20,111 bases of DNA from the NCBI GenBank assembly GCA_000004985.1, contig GG738950.1; one strand, written 5' to 3'. Each line of letters opens with the position of its first letter. The first letter of the stretch is position 1. Position numbers and translations under genes: made by a program. Source of the DNA: Naegleria gruberi (Eukaryota). Of this stretch, positions 1 through 8,733 are shown piece after piece. The notes beneath the pieces are model-generated. The model did not search any database and was not told where the DNA came from. It worked only from the letters and a program-made list of their open reading frames with translations.

Positions 1-543
1 TTTGTATTTTTACTATTTTTAATTAAATTAATTGCACATTCTAAACAATCACCTTCTATTACTTTTATTTTTGTTATATTTTTATTATTAATTATTTTAT
101 TAATAGGTAATTGTAATTTTAAAAATGATGAATCTGAATAATATTTTACATTTTTAGCACTTTGAATAATTTCATTTTTATCTATTTTTATAATTTTATT
201 TTTACTATTATTTTCATTATTAATTAAATTATTTTCATTTTGATTTTCATTATTATTTTCATTATTAATTAAATTATAATAAGATTGTTTAAATATTAAA
301 TTAGTTTGAGATTGAATAAATCTTCTCATTAATTTTAAATTATAATTATAATCTTGATGAAATTCAAAATATTTTGAAAATTGTGAGGATGAAAAATTAT
401 ACTTTTCANGGAAATTCAATTAATTCTTCACTATATTCTTCTATATTTATATAATATTCATCTGGTATATCAATTGAATCATTTAATTTTAATGATGCTA
501 TTGATGTTGATGATGATGATATTTTTTGATCATTGGAAATCAT
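1..543 (-). CDS. hypothetical Asn/Ser-rich low-complexity protein, N-terminal part; start codon in the window, gene continues past position 1
   Basis: Minus-strand ATG (rc of 541-543) opens a stop-free reading frame, MISNDQKISSSSTSIASLKLNDSIDIPDEYYINIEEYSEELIEFP..., and an in-frame TAA sits 12 codons upstream of it. At the ambiguous base N (409) this frame meets TGA while an adjacent frame continues stop-free to position 1 (EKYNFSSSQFSKYFEFHQDYNYN...NENNNENQNEN...VIEGDCLECAINLIKNSKNT). Treating the N as a spurious 1-nt insertion (att gaa ttt cc-t gaa aag) joins both into one ORF. About 400 nt without a stop in ~80% AT DNA is unlikely by chance. Absent from the ORF track because it is partial and spans the N. 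Confidence 0.45.
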
Positions 544-1292
544 GATTCTGTTGATGATGAGGATGAGGTAGCACCACTTCTGTTATTTTTTTTTAGAGTT
601 GTGACTTACAAGTTGTTCGTAAACTGTTTTTCAATCCCTTAAGCCTCCAACTTTTTCGCTGGAGCCAGTACTTGTTTTGCTATTGCATAGCAAGCATAAA
701 ATTAGTACTTGACGATCATACTATTCATGAATTGTAATGTTTTTAATGGTTGTATTTCACTAGTAAATAATCAATTTGTCTTTTTGAAAAATATATAATT
801 AATTACAACAGCTTAAAAACCAATTTCACATGGCAATCTCTCTGAAATATATTGTATAGATACCAAAAAACGTAATTTATCAATTATTTTGTTATTTAAA
901 AACTTGTATTTTTAAATATTTATCCATTGAACTTGGTTCGTTCTCGGAAAGAAATTTGATGAAAAAGTATGGAAAGTAGTATCATTTTACAGATAATCTG
1001 AGTCAGTTTGAAAATTATACTATGTAGATAGTTTGCAAATGATTTCGAAATACTAACTGTAATGTGATATGATGGCAAAACTTAATTTTGGAATTAAGAT
1101 TCTCCCCTATTGATTTATTGAATTAACAGTATGAAATTGATACCAGATGTATATAAATGTGATTTAATGTATCTGGTATAGTTATATTTTTGTCAATAGC
1201 ATTCTTCTCTTTATACAATTAATTGTTTTTCAATGTTGGTCAAGCGCCATTAGATCATTTGTTTGCCTTACAAAACCGTAATTAATGTGTAA

Positions 1293-1364
1293 GGGACCAT
1301 GGTCTAGTGGTATGATTCTCGCTTTGGGTGCGAGAGGCCGTGGGTTCGATTCCCACTGGTCCCC
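1293..1364 (+). tRNA. tRNA-Pro(UGG): tRNA-Pro (anticodon UGG)
   Basis: 72-nt cloverleaf. Acceptor GGGACCA pairs with TGGTCCC and the discriminator is C. The anticodon arm is CTCGC-TTTGGGT-GCGAG with TGG at positions 34-36. The T arm is GTGGG-TTCGATT-CCCAC, a B-box-like GGTTCGATTCC. D and anticodon arms are nearly identical to canonical eukaryotic tRNA-Pro. A T-run TTTT at 1371-1374 follows. Confidence 0.85.
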
Positions 1365-2020
1365 TATTAGTTTTAATTTTAACTTTTGGAACATACTTCT
1401 TAATGCCAAGAATCATAATCTATTAAAGTTTGCTTTACTTGTTTGTTGGGAGCTCTGAATCAAAATGCGCAGCAAACAACTACATTTTTCATCATTGAGT
1501 CCACCACTAATGTTCTCAGATTAGAACGGAGTATAATTACAGTAATTTTATAACTTAATGTCGGTTCTGCTGTTTGCCCATTGTTGCGCAAACGTAACAT
1601 TACTCTAAATGTTCAAATGAACTTGAAAGCCTTTTTAGAGATTATATCTTGTTCATTGAAATCGTATTTTTACATATTTAGATTAGATCCCCAATCTCAA
1701 GTAACTCAACATTCAATAAAATGGCAATTTGAAAATTCAAAAAAGTGCACAACTCTATAAAAGTAGCTCAGGTTGGCTGATTGAAAGAGAACTCCATTCA
1801 TTGTACAATCATTCTATAACAGCAATAAAAAATGTCTCAACAAGAGTGTTGTTATCTTCCCTCAAGTATGGGAGAGCTAATGAACTTATTGATAGAATTC
1901 ATGTATGTACTAACCGACATTATGTTATAAAATTACTGTAATTATGAATCATCAACATCTAACATTTTATTCAAATATAGGAATAAGGATGAACAATTAT
2001 TTTGTCAATGTATCAATACA

Positions 2021-2311
2021 ATGTCTCATGACAAGAGAATTGAACTATTGAGTGCAATACTTGAATGTTGTACTAATAAATCAATACAAGATCATAATAC
2101 CAATGATAATAAGAATACCATTAATGAAATAATATCTAATGATAATAATAGTTGTAGTTGTACAAGTAATAGCTTAATTGCCTGTACTAATAATAATAGT
2201 AGTACTACTACAAATAGTATTAAGGGTATTAAAAAACAATGTAAAACAACATTGAAAAACAAGAAGAAAATAGCTCTTACATGGAAAACAGTTCGCTCAC
2301 AAACTTTTTAA
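2021..2311 (+). CDS. hypothetical small Cys/Asn-rich protein (96 aa)
   Basis: ORF with a genuine ATG at 2021 (MSHDKRIELLSAILECC...). The upstream ORF 1729..1941 begins with TTG and contains no in-frame ATG. It could join in frame through a GTAATT...ATAG segment (1938..1980), but that would be only 43 nt, so the single-exon model is preferred. I recognise no similarity to a known family. Confidence 0.3.
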   Translation: MSHDKRIELLSAILECCTNKSIQDHNTNDNKNTINEIISNDNNSCSCTSNSLIACTNNNSSTTTNSIKGIKKQCKTTLKNKKKIALTWKTVRSQTF

Positions 2312-2589
2312 TATTATTCTAAAAAACTAGATTTCTAAACAATTCAGCAAATAGTCAATGACAATATAATATACAATTGAGAATATATAACTCATTGTAA
2401 ACTTTAATCCAATTAGAAATAAGAGATCAATATCCTTCCGTAAAGATTCTCAACTTGTCTCGGAGAAAATCTTTTGAAAGATCACACAGGATCATATTGA
2501 TCCAATATCATTCACTTAATAAATGTTCATTGCGATCATTTGGTGGATGATCCTTTTATTATTAATTCAATATTGAACCCAATATTATT

Positions 2590-3018
2590 NNNNNNNNNNN
2601 NNNNNNNNNNNNNNNNNNNNNNNNNNNNNNNNNNNNNNNNNNNNNNNNNNNNNNNNNNNNNNNNNNNNNNNNNNNNNNNNNNNNNNNNNNNNNNNNNNNN
2701 NNNNNNNNNNNNNNNNNNNNNNNNNNNNNNNNNNNNNNNNNNNNNNNNNNNNNNNNNNNNNNNNNNNNNNNNNNNNNNNNNNNNNNNNNNNNNNNNNNNN
2801 NNNNNNNNNNNNNNNNNNNNNNNNNNNNNNNNNNNNNNNNNNNNNNNNNNNNNNNNNNNNNNNNNNNNNNNNNNNNNNNNNNNNNNNNNNNNNNNNNNNN
2901 NNNNNNNNNNNNNNNNNNNNNNNNNNNNNNNNNNNNNNNNNNNNNNNNNNNNNNNNNNNNNNNNNNNNNNNNNNNNNNNNNNNNNNNNNNNNNNNNNNNN
3001 NNNNNNNNNNNNNNNNNN
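2590..3018. other. assembly gap (429 N)
   Basis: Uninterrupted run of n. The ORF-track entries 2540..3031 (+) and 2562..3059 (-) are translations of Ns, not genes. Confidence 0.99.
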
Positions 3019-3043
3019 AGACTATCTATAGTTATATATAAAA

Positions 3044-5092
3044 ATGGTATTTGAAGCAAGAATAGATTTACCTACAATTGAATTAAATAGTAAATTATCA
3101 TTGGCAGAATTTATAATTGAAAAATGTAGAGAACATGGTGATAATATTGCCATGATTGATGGTACTTCACCTGATCCAAATTTACCTAATTGTACATTAA
3201 CATATAATCAAATGGCTGATAACATGTTAACTATTGGTAATAATTTAATAGATCAATTTAATATTAAAAAAGGAAATGTTATTGCTATGATTTTACCAAA
3301 TATACCTTTATTTCCATGTATATTTCATGGTATTGGTTATACTGGTATGTTTTTATACATTTATTTTATTAATTTTATTAATTTATTAATTTTATATTTT
3401 TATTTTATATTTTTTTTAATTTAATATTATATTTAATATTTAATATAATAGGTGGTATTATTACAACATTAAATCCATTATATAGTGTTGAAGAAATTAA
3501 TAATCAATTAAAAGATTCTAATGCTTGTATGATGTTTACATTACAAACATTTTTAGAAAAAACAATTTTAGCCTGTAAAGGAACTAATGTTAAAAATATA
3601 TTTGTATTAAATTATCAACCATCTGATCAATTTAATAATTTATTAAATGAAAATGATTTAATTAAATTAATTGATGCTAAAATTTTATTAGCAAAACAAA
3701 ATGTTGAAATGAGAAAAATTGATATTAATCCATTAGAAGATTTAATTGCTTTACCTTATTCATCTGGTACAACTGGTATGTTTTTAATTTATTTATTTTA
3801 ATATTTTTAATATTTATTTAATATATTTGTAATTTAAATATTAAATAATTTATTTATTTATAATATTTAATAATATAAATAGGATTATCTAAAGGAGTTT
3901 GTTTAACACATTATAATTTAATTAGTAATGTACTTCAAATTGGAGCTAAATATGAAAAATTAACTAAAAATGATGTAATTGTAGCATTATTACCATTTTT
4001 CCATATATATGGAATGACAGTTTTATGTAATTTAGCTTTATATGAAGGTAGTAAGGCAATTACAATGGCTAGATTTGATTTGGAAACATTTTTAAAAATA
4101 GTTCAAAATTATCAAGTGACTAGAACACATTTAGCACCTCCAATTATTTTAGCATTAGCAAAACATCCAATTATAGATAAATATAATTTAACATCTATGA
4201 AATATTGTTTAAGTGGTGCTGCTCCTTTATCTTCTGATGTTTCACAATTACTTTCTAATAGATTAGGTGTTATTGTTAAACAAGGTTATGGTATGACTGA
4301 AAGGTAATTTTTATTATTTAATTTTTTTATTTATTATTTAATTTTATTATTTAATATTTAATTTTAATTATATTTAATAATATTTAATTTAATATTTTAT
4401 AGTTCACCTGTTGTATCAGTATGTGGAGATACAAGTGATTTAATTAAAGATGGATCATCTGGATTATTAGTTAATAATACCAAATTAAAAATTATTGATA
4501 CAGAAACAGGTAATGAAATTACTGAATATGGACAAGTTGGTGAATTATGTTTTTCAGGACCACAAATAATGAAAGGTTATTTAAATAATGAACAAGCAAC
4601 TAAATCAACTTTAATTGATGGTTATTTACATACTGGTGATTTGGGTTATATTGATCAAGATGGTTTCATTTTCATTGTTGATCGTTTGAAAGAATTAATC
4701 AAATATAAGGGTATTCAAGTACCACCATGTCGTATGTACATTGTTTATTTTATACTAATAATATTTAATAATATATTACAATAATATATTTAAAAATAAT
4801 AATAATAGAATTGGAAGGTATATTATGTAAACATCCAAAGATTCTTGATTCAGCAGTTATTGGAGTACCAGATGAAGAAGCAGGTGAATTACCAAAAGCC
4901 TTTGTTGTTCTTCGTCCAAATGAAATCATGACAGAAGAGGAAGTTATGGAATTTGTTTCCCAATTTGTAACTCCACAAAAGAAGATTAGATTGGTTGAAT
5001 TTATTCAGGAAATTCCAAAATCAACTGCTGGTAAAATATTAAGAAGAATTTTAAAACAAAGAGAATTGGAAAAATTAAAGAATATTCAATAA
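3044..5092 (+). CDS. 4-coumarate-CoA ligase-like / acyl-CoA synthetase (AMP-binding, adenylate-forming superfamily), 5 exons, 552 aa
   Basis: Exons 3044-3344, 3452-3775, 3883-4303, 4403-4731 and 4809-5092. Introns are 3345-3451 (107 nt), 3776-3882 (107 nt), 4304-4402 (99 nt) and 4732-4808 (77 nt); all are GT...AG, >85% AT, and each junction restores the frame. Family motifs are present: the AMP-binding signature YSSGTTG|LSKGV across intron 2, GYGMTE|SSPV across intron 3, YHTGDLGYIDQDGFIFIVDRLKELIKYKG, and a C-terminal domain GVPDEEAGELPKAFVV...IPKSTAGKILRR that aligns closely with firefly luciferase and 4CL. ATG 3044 sits in an aaaaATG context and the stop is TAA 5090-5092. The N-terminus FEARIDLPTIELNSKLSLAEFI fits the 4CL N-terminal pattern. 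Confidence 0.85.
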
Positions 5093-5276
5093 TAAATTAA
5101 ATAATATTTTATACTTTATTTTACAGAATTTCAAATAATGGAGTTCTTACTTTTGGAATAATTTGGATAGATTTGAATTTGGAAATTTTGATTAAAATCA
5201 AAACTTATTAGATTAAAAGTGACTTGATTTCATTGTGTTTTCATTTTTGATTTATGCTTTTTGGCGATTTCTTCGA

Positions 5277-5606
5277 TTAAATCAACTTCACTCTTTGTAA
5301 TACCGAACGAGGGGATGGAAAATCCTCGATCCAAATCCCACGCTTTGCAGATGGATTGTTGGATCCATCCGCAAAGCCAAAATACCGTGTGATGTTGTGG
5401 ATCCTGTTTGGCGGAGGAGCCGCGTGGGATTTGGATGGCGGATTTTCCATCCCCTCTACCGAACCTATTTCCCCAGTTTTTTGTATTTTGGGTAATTCTT
5501 TCTGAACATCTCGTAAAATTGCTCTCACAATTTGTTGTTGTTTGATCTTTTCTTGATGATACTGTTCGTAATCAAATTCATCCTCTTGTTCAACAGGTTG
5601 TGCCAT
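5277..5606 (-). CDS. small acidic hypothetical ORF (MAQPVEQEDEFDYEQYHQEKIKQQQIVRAILRDVQKELPKIQKTGEIGSV...LQRVKLI) carrying an in-frame 156-bp insertion
   Basis: Minus-strand ORF, first ATG at rc 5604-5606 in an aaaaaaaaATG context; the track's 5624 start is a TTG. The stop is TAA at rc 5277-5279. With the 5309-5464 segment (element plus one duplicated-site copy) removed, the ORF reads as a 58-aa protein. With it present it reads 110 aa, because the insertion is 52 codons and happens to contain no stop. Whether the small ORF is a real gene is uncertain. Confidence 0.25.
   Translation of the reverse strand: MAQPVEQEDEFDYEQYHQEKIKQQQIVRAILRDVQKELPKIQKTGEIGSVEGMENPPSKSHAAPPPNRIHNITRYFGFADGSNNPSAKRGIWIEDFPSPRSVLQRVKLI
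5301..5464. mobile_element. MITE-like non-autonomous DNA transposon copy: 148-bp element (5309-5456) with 35-bp terminal inverted repeats, flanked by a perfect 8-bp target-site duplication TACCGAAC
   Basis: The left terminal repeat is 5309-5343, gaggggatggaaaatccTcGatccaaatcccacgc. The reverse complement of the right one (5422-5456) is gaggggatggaaaatccGcCatccaaatcccacgc, so 33 of 35 match. Immediately outside, 5301-5308 and 5457-5464 are both TACCGAAC, a direct repeat. The internal 78 bp are GC-rich, contain a nested 12-bp hairpin (ctttgcagatgg...ccatccgcaaag), and have no coding capacity. The element is much more GC-rich than its surroundings. An 8-bp target-site duplication is typical of the hAT, P and Merlin superfamilies. 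Confidence 0.55.
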
Positions 5607-5695
5607 TTTTTTTTGTAATTCCAAATCTGAAATCCAAATTACTCTTAGAATTATTCATTTTAAGATTTACCTTTCAAAAATTTCCAACTTTAAAA

Positions 5696-5793
5696 CAACT
5701 CAATACCCTTGTAAAGCACGTTAACAACTCACCATCAAACAACTCAATCATCAAGCAACTCTCATCAAGGCACTGCAAGATCAAGTCAACTCA
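5696..5793 (+). repeat. degenerate ~15-bp direct repeats with core CAACTCA (5 copies) inside a C/A-rich, G-poor tract
   Basis: CAACTCA or CAACTCT occurs at 5696, 5725, 5740, 5756 and 5787, spaced 15-16 or ~30 nt apart. It lies within the 5640-5990 tract, which on the + strand is almost entirely C and A. Confidence 0.4.
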
Positions 5794-5999
5794 CTTCTCT
5801 TCTGTCATTGACTAAGATTCAATCAGAACCTACATGTTCATCAAATATTCAGAACCTTCAATCTCAATCTCAAACCTCAATTAGAAACTCCTTTTCAACC
5901 TAAACAACCACAACAATTAAATCTCTTCTAGATGATTTCGATACAGTAATTGATCACTGGTATATTCCTGACAATAAGAAAAATACACTCAACCTTATT

Positions 6000-6465
6000 G
6001 TGTCAAATTCAGAACTCCAACAACAGCTAATCCAATATCTAAACTCTAGTTCCAAGCACAAGTACTTTGCCTCTCCAATTCTCTTTACCATCACAAATGC
6101 CTTAACTACCAAAGAAGATGCATCCCTTGTTAAAATCAAAACACACATCAGTTTTACTATTCTTCAAAAGAAGTACAAGATCCACCAAATGAGCCTTATA
6201 TTCAATCCAAAAGAAAAGATGTATAAATTAAGAATTGAAACTGACACTAAAACATCATTTAATCAATTTATTGAGAATGGTTTTGAACCTATCATTAGAA
6301 AGAAAGGAAACCCAATGGCAACCTGTAATTTCCCCGATCAAAGACGCAGTCAATGAGTTATGTAAAAAGAACACTATTCAATTTGATCCAAGACATCTTT
6401 TTATTAAGAAAAAGAACAAGGAAACCTACTCCCTTCAAATTGTTGAATATTTGCTAAAGAATTGA
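6000..6465 (+). CDS. hypothetical coding region read as two overlapping frames (ATG 6189..6356 and ATG 6277..6465); possible frameshifted gene or pseudogene
   Basis: Two stop-free reading frames, 118 and 76 codons, overlap by ~120 nt. Their ATG-initiated forms are 6189-6356 (MSLIFNPKEKMYKLRIETDTKTSFNQFIENGFEPIIRKKGNPMATC...) and 6277-6465 (MVLNLSLERKETQWQPVISPIKDAVNELCKKNTIQFDPRHLFIKKKNKETYSLQIVEYLLKN). The 6000 and 6235 starts in the track are GTG and TTG. No intron of plausible size joins them, and I recognise no family. Confidence 0.2.
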
Positions 6466-6689
6466 CTTCTACAAGTTTCATTTATGAAATTGAAAGCAAG
6501 CCAATCTTTAAACAATTCAAGGTTCAAAAAACTTGACAAATTTAATTATTGGTGTTAACAATAAACTAATATTACATTTTCCCTCCATCAAAATAATGGA
6601 TTATGATAATCGGTTGACTCATTCAATTTCATCTAACTGAATGTTTGAGGCTGTTGTAATTGAATGATCGGAGATTAGAATAAAAAAAA

Positions 6690-8171
6690 ATGCCAAAAAT
6701 CAATGATGTTAATAATCAATTACAATCATTAGAATGTAATAATTTAAATAATGATGAATCATTATCATCACTAATGAAATTATCATCCAATGATTGGTAT
6801 GAAATATGTAAATATATTTCACCATGTGATATATTTAGATTATCACAAATTAATACTATATTTTATTATTATTATTTTAATACTAATAATAATAATAATA
6901 TTAATAATAATATTAATAATAATAATAAATATAATTATATAACATTTGAATGGTATCCTAAAATGATAATTAATTCAATTATTAATCATTTAAAAGAAAT
7001 TAAATATATTGAACCATTATTATTTGATAATGAATTTAAAATAATTAGAGAAATTAATTTTAAAATACCTTCAAGACAATATTGGAAACAATTACTAAAA
7101 ATATATTTAAAATTTAATTATTTAATTTTATTAGATCAGGATAAAAATAATGTAAATAATTATGAATTTATTATTAATATTAAATCTAATCATTTTAAAT
7201 ATTTTTTTGAAAAATATAAAATTAATGAAAATATTTTAAATAATATTGAAAATAATTTAAATGAAAATTTAATTTTAAAATGTCATGGTTATAAATATGA
7301 TAATAATAATATTAATTTATTTAATATTGAAAAAATTATTATTAATCAAGAATTAAATCCAATTGATATTACTATTGCAATTGCTAATATTGAAAGAATT
7401 CCTAAAAATGGAACATTTCATAAAACTTTAAAAAATATTTTATATTTAATTTATCAAAGTAATGAAATTTCAAATAATGTAGAAAAGGCATTAATTAAAT
7501 ATGATCATATTATTAATCAAGAATTTATTTATCCAAATAGAAATATTTCCTTTAAAGTAAATAGATTAGATAAATTTAACAAAATTTATTATTGTTATAA
7601 ATTAAATTCATATCCTGCTACTATAAATATATTAAATAATCCATTTAGAATAATTCCAACATTTACTAAAAATATTTATTTTAAATTAATTGGATTTACA
7701 ATTTTAGATTTTATTTATTTATTTTTATTAATTTATTATTTTAAAATTAAATTTGAATCTGATACATATTCTTGGTTTAGACATACAATTGATTATTATA
7801 ATTCTGAATATTTTAAATCTGGTTCATTTATTTATAGAATATTTGATTATTTTCTATATTTAGCAATATCAATATCATTTTTATTTATCCCAATTAGTGC
7901 TATTATTCCATTTTTACAATTATTTGAATATTTAATGGATAGTGATTTTTTTAAACCACCTATTATTAGAGAAAGAGAATCAATTTATAATTTATTTGGA
8001 ATTTTTGAATTGTTACATGTTTTACAATATATTTATTTATTTATAAATATATGTTTAAATGCATATGGTAAAATTAAATTATTATATCATTCTATTAAAT
8101 TATCATTGAATAATTATTGTAAAAATAGTAATAATTGGTTTATTAAATTATTTAAAAAATATTTATTGTAA
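6690..8171 (+). CDS. hypothetical protein with an N-terminal F-box-like motif, an Asn-rich linker and C-terminal hydrophobic (likely transmembrane) segments; 493 aa, single exon
   Basis: ATG in an aaaaaaaaATG context, 1482-nt ORF, TAA stop at 8169-8171. The N-terminal stretch LSSNDWYEICKYISPCDIFRLSQINTIFY fits the F-box pattern (L..E.L..I.S.L...DL..L..V.K.W). A poly-Asn tract NNNNNINNNINNNNK follows. The C-terminal third has several ~20-residue hydrophobic stretches (FTILDFIYLFLLIYYF, LYLAISISFLFIPISAIIPFLQLF, LLHVLQYIYLFINICL). The gene is extremely AT-rich compared with neighbouring genes. Confidence 0.55.
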   Translation: MPKINDVNNQLQSLECNNLNNDESLSSLMKLSSNDWYEICKYISPCDIFRLSQINTIFYYYYFNTNNNNNINNNINNNNKYNYITFEWYPKMIINSIINHLKEIKYIEPLLFDNEFKIIREINFKIPSRQYWKQLLKIYLKFNYLILLDQDKNNVNNYEFIINIKSNHFKYFFEKYKINENILNNIENNLNENLILKCHGYKYDNNNINLFNIEKIIINQELNPIDITIAIANIERIPKNGTFHKTLKNILYLIYQSNEISNNVEKALIKYDHIINQEFIYPNRNISFKVNRLDKFNKIYYCYKLNSYPATINILNNPFRIIPTFTKNIYFKLIGFTILDFIYLFLLIYYFKIKFESDTYSWFRHTIDYYNSEYFKSGSFIYRIFDYFLYLAISISFLFIPISAIIPFLQLFEYLMDSDFFKPPIIRERESIYNLFGIFELLHVLQYIYLFINICLNAYGKIKLLYHSIKLSLNNYCKNSNNWFIKLFKKYLL

Positions 8172-8733
8172 TTTTACCAAAATAATACTCTCTTTACATC
8201 AATATAATGAATATTTAATATATACACTTTTTATTCCGATAAAGTCTTGAAACAATAAAACAATTTAATGTTTACAATCAATGTAATACAACCATAGAAA
8301 TAGAGTCATAAAAGTACCTCAACCATAGTAGTACCTTTTTTACCTCAATATTACTACAAAAGTTCCCAACATTTAATATTTCATCTATTACAAGTATCAC
8401 AAATAGCCTTCATCAAGGCCTTTGTATGATGCTAGATGAAACATTTCTCTAATAATTTCCATAAATGTTCCCGTCTATTTTGTCCGCTATTTTTCTCCCT
8501 TAAAAGAGTTTCAAAAATGTCCAAGCCTTCACCACCATCATGCAAGTGGAGATCAACAACACAAAAAAAAGAGTAAGTGTGCATTATCATGTTTATTTAT
8601 TGAATATTTACTGTTTTTGTGTGGGTGGTGATTCGGAATTATTATTTGCTTATGATCATGATTATTGATGAAACTTTGCTAAACTACATATTTCTATTTT
8701 GAAACTTGATTGTTGTTTTTATTAAAAAGAAAA

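Noticed and set aside
1729-1941. ORF 1729..1941 as an independent gene or first exon
   Set aside because: It starts at TTG with no in-frame ATG. Joining it to 2021..2311 would need a 43-nt intron, which is short. Kept only as a note under the 2021..2311 feature.
2540-3059. ORF-track entries 2540..3031 (+) and 2562..3059 (-), proteins made of X
   Set aside because: They are translations of the run of Ns, an assembly gap.
3347-3424. Protein tails in the ORF track that read into introns, such as ...MFLYIYFINFINLLILYFYFIFFLI and GMFLIYLF
   Set aside because: These are translations of AT-rich introns following GTATGT donors. The spliced model restores the conserved AMP-binding motifs.
5303-5465. 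Reading the 5303-5465 palindrome as a pre-miRNA or structured ncRNA hairpin
   Set aside because: Identical 8-bp direct repeats flanking the inverted repeats fit transposon insertion (target-site duplication) far better than an RNA gene. An RNA role of the transcribed hairpin is not excluded.
5600-5815. ORF 5600..5815 (+), 71 aa
   Set aside because: It has a GTG start, lies in the C/A-rich low-complexity tract, and has no coding periodicity or recognisable similarity.
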